From an uncultured candidatus Porisulfidus sp. (GTDB lineage: Bacteria; Pseudomonadota; Gammaproteobacteria; Poriferisulfidales; Poriferisulfidaceae), in NCBI GenBank assembly GCA_965116525.1, contig OZ220694.1, positions 180,886-244,885 of the forward strand: 64,000 bases of DNA, read 5' to 3'. This document shows, in pieces, positions 50,157-64,000 of this stretch. Position 1 is the stretch's first letter, and every line of letters starts with the position of its first letter. The position numbers and the translations under genes are program-made. Below the pieces are notes generated by a model. The model saw nothing but the letters and a program-made list of their open reading frames with translations, searched no databases and had not been told where the DNA came from.

Positions 50157-50157
<1 letters not shown>

Positions 50158-51293
50158 CAGAATTCGGCCGCAAGCTGAACCGTGATGGTGTCGGCGTTTT
50201 CATCGGTCCCGGCGAAGCTGCACTCCACGGTCTCGACATCCACCAGCACACAATCCGACCATTCATCCGTGTCGTAGTCCTTGTCATGCGCCCACTCGAC
50301 GCCAAGGGCGACCGAGTCCATCAACTCGACCGAGCCGCCGATCATGAATCGGGATTCCGGCAGTTCCAGGCCGACCGCATCATCGGTTCCCTGGTAGCCG
50401 ACCGCGATCGTCGCGGGTCGGCTGCCGACCATGAAATCGTAGGCCGCCTCGACCATCCAACTCGACGGCTTGGCCCCGCGGTTGACGTACGCGCCATCGA
50501 CCACGGAACCGCCGTACGCCAGAGCGATACTCTGGAAGCGTTCGGTCGCACCGAGGTATTCGGCCATGAACGCAACGTCACCTTGGCGCAAACGGGCACT
50601 CGCGGCGAAGCCGGAAACATGGTCGTCATAGGTTCCCTGTCTCGGCTCGCTCCGCGCTTCGCCAACCGCCCCGAGGTTGCCGGCCACCGCATCCTGCAGG
50701 GCGTCGGTGTCGCCGGTATCGTCGATGTAGGCCAGGTCCCATCCGAATTCCACGCCGTTGCTTTCCATTGCATAGCCAATCACAGCACCAAAGTGGTCGA
50801 TCCGGTTGTCGTCGTCCTTGCCGTTGTCACCGTTGTAGAGGAAAGCGGCGCCGTACAGGTTCTTGCCCTCGACACCGAACATCAGCGCGGTCTCACGGAT
50901 CTCGCCGAGTTCCAGCGTCAGCGGGTCGGAGATCATCGTGGTCTCGTACATGCCGAACGGCAGGTACATCCGCCCCCCCGCGATGAACCAAGAGCCGTCC
51001 GGCGGTGCAATTGTCAAGGTCCCGATATCGATGTCGGTGACATTGTCGTTGTCGCCCTCCTCGAACAGGAACAGGACTTCGCCGCGGATCCAGTCGGTGA
51101 TCTGCGCCGCGACCCCGAGTTCGATCGTCGCCAGGATCACATCCGACTCGCTGTCTCCCTCATAAGGCTCTGCATGGCCAGCTTCCACTTCGACCAAGCC
51201 GGTGATCTCAACGCTGTCGGATCCATCCGCCAAGACAGGCGTCTGGGAGATGCATGCGGCGAGGCTCGCCGCAGTCAGCGATTTAAATTTCAT
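50157..51293 (-). CDS. Outer-membrane beta-barrel porin-like protein (LbtU-like)
   Basis: ATG at 51291-51293 (MKFKSLTAASLAAC) gives a signal peptide. Alternating beta-strand pattern and a C-terminal Phe (QLAAEF). Its stop overlaps the imelysin start. Confidence 0.5.
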
Positions 51294-51458
51294 CAGCTCT
51301 CCGCTGCGCAGGCGTGCATCTGCCAAGAGCAGCGGCGCAGGGAACGGTCGATCCGCTCGCCGTAGTCCGTCGCCATATCCCCCCCAGAGGCACAGGCGTC
51401 TGGTCCTTGGATGAACCCGAAGGTCCCGAACGCAACTTCCAGGCATTCCCCGTGGAAA

Positions 51459-51500
51459 GATTCATAATGAGATTCATTCGCATAATGAGAATCATTATTG
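51459..51500 (+). promoter_or_regulatory. Two overlapping Fur boxes in the divergent promoter region
   Basis: GATTCATAATGAGATTCATTCG then CATAATGAGAATCATTATTG. The second matches the Fur consensus GATAATGATAATCATTATC at 16 of 18 positions. TATAAT at 51504-51509 lies about 28 nt upstream of the downstream ATG. Confidence 0.7.
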
Positions 51501-51537
51501 AGATATAATTCGGTTTGTCAAGCCCTGTCGCAGCAGA

Positions 51538-53073
51538 ATGACATCCATGCTAAAAGCGTCTTTTTCAAGCCGGTGGGTGAAACCCTGCTTCACGCCACTG
51601 TTTCCTGCCGCCGCTTGCGCTCTCGCCGTACTCTCCCCGCCCCTCTCGGCGGAAACCGATAGCGAACGGGCACGTATCGCCGCCGTTACACAGCCAACGA
51701 GCGATTTCTCCCAACCTGAAGCCTACGAACGCCGCCCCGGCGGCGCGGCGACGATTTTCAAAATTCTCAACCGCAGTGCCTTCTCCCATCACTCCGCCAA
51801 CATGCCGCCCGAACGCCAGCTCGACTTCCATGTCGGCGACGGCATCTTCAAGAAGCTCTGGGTTTCCTCGCCGAGTTCGACCACATCCTCGGACGGCCTA
51901 GGTCCCTTATTCAACGCGCGCTCCTGCCAGCGCTGCCATCGCAAGGACGGTCGTGGCCGCCCTCCCCTCGCGGGCGAGCGTCCTGAATCCATGCTGCTCC
52001 ATCTCTCGATCCCGCCCCGTAACGAGCAGGAAGAAACCGCGCTCAGGGAACACCGGCTGGCCAGCATCCCGGAGCCGACCTACGGCAACCAGTTGCAGAA
52101 CTATTCCGTCCAGGCCGTGCTGGCCGAAGGAGAGATGACGATTACCTACCGCGAGATTCCGATTGCCCTGGCCGACGGCGAGACGGCCAGCCTGCGCGCG
52201 CCAACCTACGGCATCAAGGATCTTCGATATGGGCCCCTCCATCCCGACACGATGCTGTCGCCGCGGGTCGCCCCACCCGTCATCGGCATGGGCCTGCTGG
52301 AAGCCATCCCGGAAGCCGACATCCTGGCCAACGCCGACCCGGACGACCGTGACGGCGACGGTATTTCAGGACGGGCACACCGGGTGTGGAGTGACGAGCG
52401 CGGACAGACGATGCTGGGCCGCTTCGGCTGGAAGGCCGGGCAACCCACCGTCGCCCAGCAGGCGGCAGCCGCCTTCCGCGAGGATATCGGCGTCTCGACC
52501 CCGCTCTATCCCGTTCCGTACGGCGACTGCACCCCGAAACAGAAGAAATGCCGCGAGGCCCATCATGGCGTGTCCGAATCGGAACCTGCCGAAGCTGGCC
52601 AAAAGCTGTTCGACTTCCTCGTCTTCTACAACCGCAACCTTGCCGTCCCGGCCCGCCGCCTCATCGACGATGTGCAGGTGCTTCAGGGAAAGCGCTTGTT
52701 CTACGAGGCCCACTGCACCGGCTGCCACCGGCCCAAGTTCGTGACCCGGCGGGACTCCATCAGCGAAGAGCAATCCTTCCAGTTGATCTGGCCCTACACG
52801 GACCTGTTGCTGCACGACATGGGCGAAGGGCTGGCCGACGACCACCCGGAAGGCATGGCGTCCGGGCGCGAATGGCGCACGCCGCCGCTGTGGGGCATCG
52901 GCCTGACCGAAATGGTCAGCGGCCACACCCTGTTCCTGCACGACGGCCGGGCGCGCAATTTGCTCGAAGCCATCCTCTGGCATGGCGGCGAGGCGGAAGC
53001 CGCGAAACAGCGCGTCGTCGACATGGCGAAAGAAGAGCGCGCGGCCCTGCTCGCCTTCCTGAACTCGCTGTAG
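51538..53073 (+). CDS. Di-heme c-type cytochrome, a putative peroxidase / thiol oxidoreductase (DUF1111 / DHOR family)
   Basis: Signal peptide. Two CxxCH motifs: CQRCH and CTGCH. Length is 511 aa. Confidence 0.8.
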   Translation: MTSMLKASFSSRWVKPCFTPLFPAAACALAVLSPPLSAETDSERARIAAVTQPTSDFSQPEAYERRPGGAATIFKILNRSAFSHHSANMPPERQLDFHVGDGIFKKLWVSSPSSTTSSDGLGPLFNARSCQRCHRKDGRGRPPLAGERPESMLLHLSIPPRNEQEETALREHRLASIPEPTYGNQLQNYSVQAVLAEGEMTITYREIPIALADGETASLRAPTYGIKDLRYGPLHPDTMLSPRVAPPVIGMGLLEAIPEADILANADPDDRDGDGISGRAHRVWSDERGQTMLGRFGWKAGQPTVAQQAAAAFREDIGVSTPLYPVPYGDCTPKQKKCREAHHGVSESEPAEAGQKLFDFLVFYNRNLAVPARRLIDDVQVLQGKRLFYEAHCTGCHRPKFVTRRDSISEEQSFQLIWPYTDLLLHDMGEGLADDHPEGMASGREWRTPPLWGIGLTEMVSGHTLFLHDGRARNLLEAILWHGGEAEAAKQRVVDMAKEERAALLAFLNSL

Positions 53074-53131
53074 GAACACTGGCAGGGATGCCCCCTGCCC
53101 TAAAATGGGCGCAATCTTCCCGCCTCATTCG

Positions 53132-53629
53132 ATGAAGCGTTTCCGCATCCGATGGACCCCTGCCTTGCTGTCGCTGGCTGCGGCGGCCGCGATCCTGATC
53201 CACTGGGCTCCCGGGGAGAACCCGCCCGACACCTGGCCTCTGACCATCAACAGCACCAGCGGCATGCACCGTTTTGCCGTGGAACTGGCGCTCACCCCGC
53301 AAGCACATGTGCAGGGACTCATGTTCCGCGAAGACTTGGCCGACGATGCTGGCATGCTGTTCGTCTACGACCGCCCGGACGTGCGAACCATGTGGATGAA
53401 GGATACACCCCTCTCGCTCGACATGCTGTTCCTTGATTCAGACGGAATCATTCGCCGCATCGTGCACGACACGGTCCCAAGGTCAGCGGTCACGATCATC
53501 AGCCCACGCGACATCCTGTACGTGCTGGAACTGCGTGCCGGAGTGACCCGGAAACTCGGCATCAAAGCCGGAGACCAAGTCCAGAATCTCCCCTCGCCGG
53601 GTCAATCCTCCGCCTCTTCCTCCCGGTAG
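53132..53629 (+). CDS. DUF192-domain secreted protein
   Basis: ATG at 53132 ([20 protein letters not shown]) gives a signal peptide. The [26 protein letters not shown] segment is typical of DUF192 / COG1430. Confidence 0.65.
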   Translation: MKRFRIRWTPALLSLAAAAAILIHWAPGENPPDTWPLTINSTSGMHRFAVELALTPQAHVQGLMFREDLADDAGMLFVYDRPDVRTMWMKDTPLSLDMLFLDSDGIIRRIVHDTVPRSAVTIISPRDILYVLELRAGVTRKLGIKAGDQVQNLPSPGQSSASSSR

Positions 53630-54714
53630 GCTTCCGACAACCGGTCCGCGAGCGCACTTAATTCGCCCGCTTCGATCGCGATGCGGATTTCGCGCATCAG
53701 TTGCTGGTAGTAGTGGAGGTTGTGCAGCGTCGCCAGCCTCGAGAACAGGATCTCCCGACCCTGGTCCAGGTGCCTCAGATAAGCACGTGAGTAGTTCTGG
53801 CAGGTATAGCAGGCACATCCTTCCTCTATCGGCTCGGTCGCCCCGGCATGCCGCCGGTTCCGGATGCGCAGGACCCCGTTCCGGGTGAACAAGTATCCGT
53901 TGCGGGCGTGCCGGGTCGGAATCACGCAGTCGAACAGGTCTAGGCCGAGGCGAACCGCATCCACGATGTCGACCGGACGCCCGACGCCCATCAGGTAGCG
54001 CGGCTGCCCCGTCGGCAGGTGCGGGCCCAGGGCCTCCAGCACCATGCGCCGCTCCTCGAAACTCTCCCCCACGGACAGCCCCCCGACCGCATAGCCGTCA
54101 AAACCGATCTCCTCCAGGCGCTGCTGGCACTCCAGCCGCAACTCCGGATACAGCCCGCCCTGCCCGATGCCGAACAGGGCGGCCGGATGCTCACCGTGCG
54201 TCTGCCTGCTCCGATCGGCCCAGCGCAGTGATAGCTCCATGGAGGCCCGGGCTTGCTCTTCGGTCGCGGGGTGCGGCGTGCACTCGTCGAACACCATCAC
54301 CACATCGGAATCCAATGCGTGCTGCACGGAAACGGACCGTTCCGGATCCAGGAACACCTCGTCGCCGTCGACCGGCGAGCGGAACCGGACCCCGGCCTCG
54401 CCAATCTCCCGCCACGGCGCCAGGCTGAAGACCTGGTAGCCACCGGAGTCCGTCAGGATCGGCCCCGGCCAGTGCATGAAGCGGTGCAGTCCGCCATGTT
54501 GTTCGATCACTTCCGTCCCGGGCCGCAACATCAGGTGGAAGGTGTTGCCCAGGATCATCTCCGTGCCGCAGGCCCGCAACTCCTCCGGCGTGACCGAGCG
54601 CACCGCGCCGTGCGTCCCGACCGGCATGAACGCCGGGGTCTGCACGATGCCGCGTTCAAACTCCAGCACCCCGCGTCGCGCGGCGCCGTCGGCATGGGTG
54701 ACCTGGAACTTCAT
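53602..54714 (-). CDS. tgt: Queuine tRNA-ribosyltransferase
   Basis: Internal [22 protein letters not shown]. The C-terminal zinc motif is [15 protein letters not shown]. Confidence 0.9.
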   Translation of the reverse strand: MKFQVTHADGAARRGVLEFERGIVQTPAFMPVGTHGAVRSVTPEELRACGTEMILGNTFHLMLRPGTEVIEQHGGLHRFMHWPGPILTDSGGYQVFSLAPWREIGEAGVRFRSPVDGDEVFLDPERSVSVQHALDSDVVMVFDECTPHPATEEQARASMELSLRWADRSRQTHGEHPAALFGIGQGGLYPELRLECQQRLEEIGFDGYAVGGLSVGESFEERRMVLEALGPHLPTGQPRYLMGVGRPVDIVDAVRLGLDLFDCVIPTRHARNGYLFTRNGVLRIRNRRHAGATEPIEEGCACYTCQNYSRAYLRHLDQGREILFSRLATLHNLHYYQQLMREIRIAIEAGELSALADRLSEAYREEEAED

Positions 54715-54719
54715 CGCGC

Positions 54720-58162
<3,443 letters not shown>

Positions 58163-58166
<4 letters not shown>

Positions 58167-58360
58167 ACCAGCCACCGCATGAAATACAGAAGCAGTACGC
58201 CGAGCGTGACCGCGATCAACCCCATCATGCGGAACTGCACGGTCGGCAGTTCCACCATGCGCAGCATCATGCGGCGCGCCAAATCCGGACCCAGAAGAGC
58301 GACGAGGCCTTCCAGTATGAGCACCAAAGCGATGGCCGCCAGGACAAATTCCCACTGCAT
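58163..58360 (-). CDS. DUF2065 small membrane protein
   Basis: 65 aa with two TM helices, in the conserved position between hflC and hisZ. Confidence 0.7.
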
Positions 58361-58376
58361 GGCGGGGAACCAAGTA

Positions 58377-59237
58377 TTACTTCTTGAGTTGCTTGAAGTA
58401 CTGGAAAAATTCCGAGTCCGGCTGCACGACCAACACGTCGCCCTTGTCGCGGAACGTATTGGTGTAGGCGTTCAGGCTTCGGGTGAACGCGAAGAACTCG
58501 GGATCCTGATTGTAGGCTTCGGCATAGATCTCGGTCGACTGGGCATCGCCCTCACCGCGGATCTTCTCGGAATCGCGATACGCCTCGGCCTGAATCACCG
58601 TCCGCTGGCGGTCGGCGTCGGCGCGGATGCGCTCCGCTGTCTCCTGGCCGCGGGCACGGAAATCCTTGGCGGTGCGGCTTCGCTCCGCCCTCATTCGCCG
58701 GTAGACCGACTCGCTGACCTCATCCGGCAGTTCGATACGGCTAATGCGGACATCCACCACCAGGATGCCAAGCTCGCTCGCGTTGTTGCTGGACTGCACC
58801 AGCATCACGTCCATGATTTCGCGCCGCTCGCCAGAGATCGCCTGCTGGATGGTGCGTACGCCAAACTGGTTCTTGAGTCCATCCTTGACGATCTGGGTCA
58901 ACCGCCCCTCGGCGCGCAAACGATCGCCCTGGGTGGCACGGAAGTATTGGCTGACGTTCTGGATCCGCCACTTGACGAAGAAGTCCACCGAGACGTTCTT
59001 CTTCTCACTGGTCAGGAACAGCTCCGGCTTGGAATCCAGCGACAGCACCCGGGCGTCGAATTTCTGCACGTTGTTGATGAACGGCATCTGGAAGTGCAAC
59101 CCCGGCTCCAGGTTGGTGCGCCGAATGTCGCCGAGCTGGAACACGATCGCCGTCTCGGTCTGGCGTACGTAGAACGTGGAGGACCACACGAGCACCAGCA
59201 CGACGGCTGCCAAAATCAGGCGTACTTGCATGTTCAT
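58377..59237 (-). CDS. hflC: HflC (FtsH modulator, SPFH family)
   Basis: 286 aa with an N-terminal TM and an SPFH/band-7 domain. Confidence 0.9.
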   Translation of the reverse strand: MNMQVRLILAAVVLVLVWSSTFYVRQTETAIVFQLGDIRRTNLEPGLHFQMPFINNVQKFDARVLSLDSKPELFLTSEKKNVSVDFFVKWRIQNVSQYFRATQGDRLRAEGRLTQIVKDGLKNQFGVRTIQQAISGERREIMDVMLVQSSNNASELGILVVDVRISRIELPDEVSESVYRRMRAERSRTAKDFRARGQETAERIRADADRQRTVIQAEAYRDSEKIRGEGDAQSTEIYAEAYNQDPEFFAFTRSLNAYTNTFRDKGDVLVVQPDSEFFQYFKQLKK

Positions 59238-59238
59238 C

Positions 59239-60375
59239 TCAGCGTCCCTCTCTCAGGCGCGGCGCGAGGCTTCCAGAGCCTGAGGAACTTCCTCCTTGCC
59301 GCTCCGGGGATGAAGACCTCGGCGATCGAACCGAACCGCGTTGTTCCAAGATCCGGTCCAGCGGCAGGAACAGCATGTTGCTCCCCTTGTCGACATCGAT
59401 CACCACCTTGGAAGAATTGGACAGGACCGACTCTACCGTCTGCAGGTACATGCGCTGGCGGGTCACCTCCGGCGCCTTGCGGTATTCGGTCAGCAATTGG
59501 GTGAAGCGGGACGCCTCACCTTCAGCATTGGCAATCACCTGGGCACGGTAAGCCTTGGCGTCCTCCATTATCCGCGCGGCTTCTCCGCGCGCCTGCGGCA
59601 GGATTTCGTTGGAGTAGGCCTGCGCCTCGTTCTTGAAGCGCTCCATGTCCTCACGCGCCTTGGTCGCATCCTGGAAAGCATCCTGCACCGGGTTCGGAGG
59701 CTGCGAGTCCTCCAGATTAACGGTCAGAATCTCGATCCCGGTTCCGTAAGTATCGAGGATTTCCTGCATCAGCGTCATGGTCCGGCCGGCGATTTCCGCG
59801 CGGCCTTCACGCAGGATGTAGTCCATATTGTTGCGACCCACCACGGTGCGGATGGCACTGTCAAGCACGCCGCAAATCGTGCTCTTGAAGCGGCAGGCAC
59901 GATCAAATGCGATGTCCGGATCTTCGACATTGAACAGATAGTCTTCGGCATTCTTGAGTCGGTACTGCACCGAGAACTTGAGTTCGACGATGTTCTCGTC
60001 CTGCGTCAGCATGGTGGTCCGTTTCTCCACGCTTCGGTTGCCGGTTACGTTGACCACCTCGACGCTTTCGATCGGATACGGGATGTGCCAACCCGGTCCC
60101 GGCATGGTGGTGCGCTCGTGCTTGCCGAAACGAAGCACGACGCCACGCTCGCTGGCGTCAACGATATAGAAGCCGGACAGCAGCCACAGGATCAGGAAGA
60201 CGAGCAGGACGCTGCCGGTGCCGATCGACCATTTTCGGCCACTCCCGCCGCCACCGCCCTTGCGGCCTGAACCGAACAGGCGTCGGAACAGTTTGCCGAA
60301 CAGGTCATCCAGGTCCGGCGGCCCCTGCCGCGCATTGCGCTGCCACGGGTTCCCACCGTTATCGTTCCAAGCCAT
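59239..60375 (-). CDS. hflK: HflK (FtsH modulator, SPFH family)
   Basis: MAWNDNGGNPW...GGGGSG... N-terminus typical of HflK. Length is 378 aa. Confidence 0.9.
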   Translation of the reverse strand: MAWNDNGGNPWQRNARQGPPDLDDLFGKLFRRLFGSGRKGGGGGSGRKWSIGTGSVLLVFLILWLLSGFYIVDASERGVVLRFGKHERTTMPGPGWHIPYPIESVEVVNVTGNRSVEKRTTMLTQDENIVELKFSVQYRLKNAEDYLFNVEDPDIAFDRACRFKSTICGVLDSAIRTVVGRNNMDYILREGRAEIAGRTMTLMQEILDTYGTGIEILTVNLEDSQPPNPVQDAFQDATKAREDMERFKNEAQAYSNEILPQARGEAARIMEDAKAYRAQVIANAEGEASRFTQLLTEYRKAPEVTRQRMYLQTVESVLSNSSKVVIDVDKGSNMLFLPLDRILEQRGSVRSPRSSSPERQGGSSSGSGSLAPRLREGR

Positions 60376-60679
60376 GAAAGTTCCGAATCAGGATGCGAAT
60401 GACTATTCTAGCAAAGGAGATTAAATGTGACCATCGGAGACACGCACCGTTCCAACACCATCACCCCAACTGAGACTTCATCCCCCATGCTCTCGCGCTT
60501 GCTTTATTAATGTCGGCATCTTAGAAGCGCTGATCGCGCTGGAGGCTTTTTCGCCTCCGTGTCCAGGCTAGTCCTCTCCCAGATGGCTTCGCCAGATAAG
60601 CCTATGCCCATCTCGCATAGAAGATACAAGATATTGATATTTCCATAATTTACTATGTAATACAGGCGGTTCTCTAGCG

Positions 60680-63600
60680 TCAGAACAGCATCTGGACGAA
60701 GAACCCGACTCCAACATCGGACTCTCCCTCCACTTCCCCAAAGCGACCGCCTTCGACGTTCAGGCTGAACGTCGGCCCGACTTGAAGCCGGCTGCCTATT
60801 CGGAAATCTCCGTCCCCACCCGCGAGGGAAAGGTGAGCATAAGGCGTCAGCAGGCCGCGCCCTTCCACCGCCGGGAGCCCGTACTCGATCTGCGCGTCAA
60901 GGCGGCCATCGACCGATTTGCGCCCATCCGTCGGCAATGCACCAGGCCCATCCCGAGCCCACAGCGAGGCGATCCCTCTTTGGTTTTGCCCCAGGCTGGG
61001 GGCCAGGCTGAAACTTAAGCCGCGGCCGTCCGCTCCCGGGTCTATGCGGACTTCACCGTGGAAGCCCCACTCGTCGTAGTCGTCGCTGTGGTTGATCAGG
61101 TAGCGGGCCTCGCCTTCTGCGGTCAGGCCCTTGGCTGCATTGGAATAGCGCACGCCCGTGCCGATCTCCATACCGGTTCCGGTCAAGCCATCGCCGCTGT
61201 CATGGCGCGCGCCGACCTCGACCCAGGGAATCAGCCACTCGCCCGGACCGCGCTCGCACACGTGCCGGCCTTCCAGGACTACCCGTATGCGTTCGATGTC
61301 TGCGGTCAGCGGGTTGATGCCGTCGCCACCGTCCGCCTTGATCTCCGTGACGTTGCCCTCCGCCTTGATGCGAAGCGTCGAGGTGCCGAACATGATCTGG
61401 TTGTGCTCGGAAGCCAGCACAGCGCTCACACCCACGGCCGCTGTCTTCAGCCGGGTATCGCTGGAATGCTTGCCACTGCCGTCGTTGATCTCGATCTCGC
61501 CGCGCCCATAACCGATCGTCGCCCAAGCCTGCAGGGAATTTTCAAACGACATCCAGCTCACATAGGGGTGCACGCTGGTCAACTGGCTGTCGTAGGTTCC
61601 CTCTCGAGGGTCGCCCCGATTCTGGTAGTCGAACTTGCCGTCCTGCCAGGAAACCATCAACCCCGCGAGCAGTCCCGGGCGCACCTCCCAGTCGACGCCA
61701 ACATGGATGCTGGCCAGATCGCCGTCCCACCGAGTGGGACGGTCGTCTCCGCCGCCCAGGTTGCGGTAGTCGCCCCGGCCCCAGACCTCCACGGCACTTT
61801 GGGTCTCGCCCTCCGCCGCGTTGAACGGCAACACGAATTCCTTGCCACCCAGCGCGCGCCTCAAATCCAAGGACGTCGTGCCCTTCCTCGCGGTTGCAAG
61901 GGAGGCCAGAGCCTGCTCAAGCGAGGCCTGCCCGCCGAACGTATGCGGCCCTTCCGAATCCACGTTCGGATTCGCCATGTCCACGCGTCTCGAGATGGCC
62001 GAGAGCGTGCTCGACATCATTGCCTGGGTGATGCGCGGCAACAATTCGTCATTGACGTCGTTCATCGAAGAAGGCTGTTGCTCGTTTACTTGCACCGAGG
62101 CGGCGGCCTCCGAAGCATAGTCGCCCGTACTGATCACCCGGTGTGTCAGTTCCGCATGATCCGTCGCCGTCGCCATCACCGTCACCGTCTGCGCCATGCT
62201 CCAGTTCGATGCCGTGAACGTCAGGCTGCCCGGAGAGGCTTTCACTGCCGCGTTGGAGGACATCACCGAGATCATGACCGGCTCGGTCGGCTCAGAGGTC
62301 AGAACCAAGGTGTAAGTCCCGTTCGTTTCCTCGGAAACCGTGAGCTTATCCGTCGACACCACCACGCCACGCATTTCACTGTCGACGATGGTGACCCTGA
62401 CGGTCCGCAACAATCCTTCGTAGTCCGGATCCGCACTCGTCACCGCGTGCACCAGCGTCACAGGGTCGTACTCCCGGTCCACGTCATCGTCTCCCGCCGT
62501 GACCATCACGGTTCGAGGCCGGTTCCAGTCGGAAGGCGTGAAGGTCAGTGACGTCAGGTCAATGCTCGCGTTGTCGGTCGTGCCCGTGATGTTAACCACC
62601 ACGTCCTGGGATGGCACCGTGCCCAATGCCACGGTATAGGTGTCTTCATCTCCTTCGTTGATCTGTAAGCTTGATTTCGACATCACCAAACCCACCGTGT
62701 CGTTGTCCACGACCGTAACCCTGACGTCTCTTGACAGGCTGCCGTAGTCCGAATCGCTACTGCTCGTCGTATTCGCCAGCGTCACCATCAGATCATCCTG
62801 ATCGAGATTGTCGTCCGTCAGCGACATGACCGTCACCGTCTGCGCCCGGTTCCAATTAAGAGTCGTGAACGTCAATGAGTTGTCGCTCACACCCACGTCT
62901 GTCGTCGCGCCGGTGATGGTGACCGTCACGTCCGCACTCGGCTGCGTGTTCAGTTTCACGGTATAAGTGCCACGCCCTCCCTCCGGCACCGACAGCGAGG
63001 TTCTCGACAGGGTCAGCCCCGGCTGGTCGTTGTCCAAGAAAGAGACCGTCACGTCATCCGCCGTCACGGATGCGTATTCGTTCGTGCCGACCACGGCATG
63101 CATGATCGTCTGTGAATCTTCATTCAACGAATCCCCGTCTTCGCGCAGGCGAACCGTCACCGTCCGTTGCCGGTTCCAGTTGAAAGACGTAAACGTCAAC
63201 GTGGGCGGCGTAACCGAGACGTCGGGATTCGTGTCGTGGCCTGATAGATTGATCGTCACCGGCGCGGTCGGCTGTGAATCCAGAACCAGCGTGTAGCTGC
63301 CGCTCCCGCCTTCGTCGACCTCAAAGGGCGACGGTGCAGACACGGTCACGCCGGCTGTATCGTTTTCTAGGACGGTTACATCGACCCCCACCGGACTCGC
63401 CACATAGAGGCTGGTGGCCGAGCGATGCGTCAGCGTCACTTCATCGTTGGCCGCATCATCATCCTCGCGTGCCGTCACTTTTATCGTTTGCGGCTGGTTG
63501 TACTCGTCGACTTTGAAGGTCAACCTCGACGGCACCACGGTCAGGTCCGTACCTGAATGTCCACTGATCGTCACGGTCACATCCACCTCCGGCATCACCG

Positions 63601-64000
63601 TGAGCTGCACCGTATAAGTGGCGCCCGTGACCTCATCGCCTTCATCCACCGTGAACGAGCTCCTCGATACATCAATGCCGCCTTGCACCAGCCCAGGGGG
63701 AGCTGCCGTCACTGGCGAGGTTGATGAACTTTCGAGCTCCTCCGGGTTGCCCTGACTATCCGAGAAGGTCACCACGACTTGAAGGCGGTAACCCACGTCA
63801 TCCTCCGTCGGCATGTAGGTGGTGCCACTGCCGACGGACGGATTGTTGTTGCTGGAGTCAAGCCGGATCCACTCGTACGTGTAACCAGGATCGCTGCCGA
63901 GGCCGTCAGGGTCTGAAACGCCAGACAGGCTCGCGGTCAGGGTCTGCCCGACCTGCGGCGTGCCGCTGATTCTGACCGTGCCCCTTGCAAGACCGCCTTC
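60680..64000 (-). CDS. Large autotransporter (type Va) with an Ig-like tandem-repeat passenger; the 5' end lies beyond the window
   Basis: The C-terminal roughly 280 aa form a classical autotransporter beta-barrel ending GVGFFVQMLF. Upstream are at least eight ~95-aa repeats of the pattern ...LTFTxxNWNxxQTVTV...DDxxxDxxxxLxHxV. The reading frame stays open from 63814 to 64000 with no stop. Confidence 0.65.
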   Translation of the reverse strand, partial: EGGLARGTVRISGTPQVGQTLTASLSGVSDPDGLGSDPGYTYEWIRLDSSNNNPSVGSGTTYMPTEDDVGYRLQVVVTFSDSQGNPEELESSSTSPVTAAPPGLVQGGIDVSRSSFTVDEGDEVTGATYTVQLTVMPEVDVTVTISGHSGTDLTVVPSRLTFKVDEYNQPQTIKVTAREDDDAANDEVTLTHRSATSLYVASPVGVDVTVLENDTAGVTVSAPSPFEVDEGGSGSYTLVLDSQPTAPVTINLSGHDTNPDVSVTPPTLTFTSFNWNRQRTVTVRLREDGDSLNEDSQTIMHAVVGTNEYASVTADDVTVSFLDNDQPGLTLSRTSLSVPEGGRGTYTVKLNTQPSADVTVTITGATTDVGVSDNSLTFTTLNWNRAQTVTVMSLTDDNLDQDDLMVTLANTTSSSDSDYGSLSRDVRVTVVDNDTVGLVMSKSSLQINEGDEDTYTVALGTVPSQDVVVNITGTTDNASIDLTSLTFTPSDWNRPRTVMVTAGDDDVDREYDPVTLVHAVTSADPDYEGLLRTVRVTIVDSEMRGVVVSTDKLTVSEETNGTYTLVLTSEPTEPVMISVMSSNAAVKASPGSLTFTASNWSMAQTVTVMATATDHAELTHRVISTGDYASEAAASVQVNEQQPSSMNDVNDELLPRITQAMMSSTLSAISRRVDMANPNVDSEGPHTFGGQASLEQALASLATARKGTTSLDLRRALGGKEFVLPFNAAEGETQSAVEVWGRGDYRNLGGGDDRPTRWDGDLASIHVGVDWEVRPGLLAGLMVSWQDGKFDYQNRGDPREGTYDSQLTSVHPYVSWMSFENSLQAWATIGYGRGEIEINDGSGKHSSDTRLKTAAVGVSAVLASEHNQIMFGTSTLRIKAEGNVTEIKADGGDGINPLTADIERIRVVLEGRHVCERGPGEWLIPWVEVGARHDSGDGLTGTGMEIGTGVRYSNAAKGLTAEGEARYLINHSDDYDEWGFHGEVRIDPGADGRGLSFSLAPSLGQNQRGIASLWARDGPGALPTDGRKSVDGRLDAQIEYGLPAVEGRGLLTPYAHLSLAGGDGDFRIGSRLQVGPTFSLNVEGGRFGEVEGESDVGVGFFVQMLF

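Overview
High-GC (~65%) bacterial chromosomal segment, most likely from a gammaproteobacterium (gene order hflK-hflC-DUF2065-hisZ-purA and tRNA-tuf-secE-nusG-rplKAJL-rpoBC, as in Pseudomonas and Chromatiales). Almost all genes are on the minus strand.

Housekeeping core, in coordinate order:
- aspS (partial), serS, leuS-lptE
- nhaA, moaA/moaB
- rpoC, rpoB, rplL, rplJ, rplA, rplK, nusG, secE, tuf
- six tRNAs: Arg-ACG, Trp, Thr-GGT, Gly, Tyr, Thr-TGT
- rluC, adk
- a complete iscRSUA-hscBA-fdx-iscX operon, with suhB divergent from iscR
- secDF-yajC, tgt-queA, purA, hisZ, hflKC

Accessory or unusual content:
1. A solo TnpB gene (IS200/IS605-type RNA-guided nuclease with all three RuvC catalytic residues present) sits immediately upstream of tRNA-Arg. 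A VapBC module and a small AT3-rich ORF lie next to it.
2. A translationally coupled ATP-grasp / hydantoinase-like / PabB operon lies back-to-back with a HisA-like gene and is followed by a 969-aa TonB-dependent receptor. This resembles part of the bacterial H4MPT/methanopterin-type cofactor gene set, or a new pABA-derived pathway.
3. A second VapBC pair lies between suhB and secF.
4. A HigBA locus has its toxin killed by an in-frame TAA while the antitoxin is intact.
5. A four-gene periplasmic/outer-membrane module (imelysin, LbtU-like porin, di-heme peroxidase-like enzyme, DUF192) carries textbook Fur boxes in its divergent promoter. It and the HigBA locus are inserted between tgt and yajC, which are usually adjacent.
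6. A >1100-aa autotransporter with Ig-like tandem repeats sits where hfq-hflX normally precede hflKC.

No CRISPR array, rRNA, integrase or prophage was seen.
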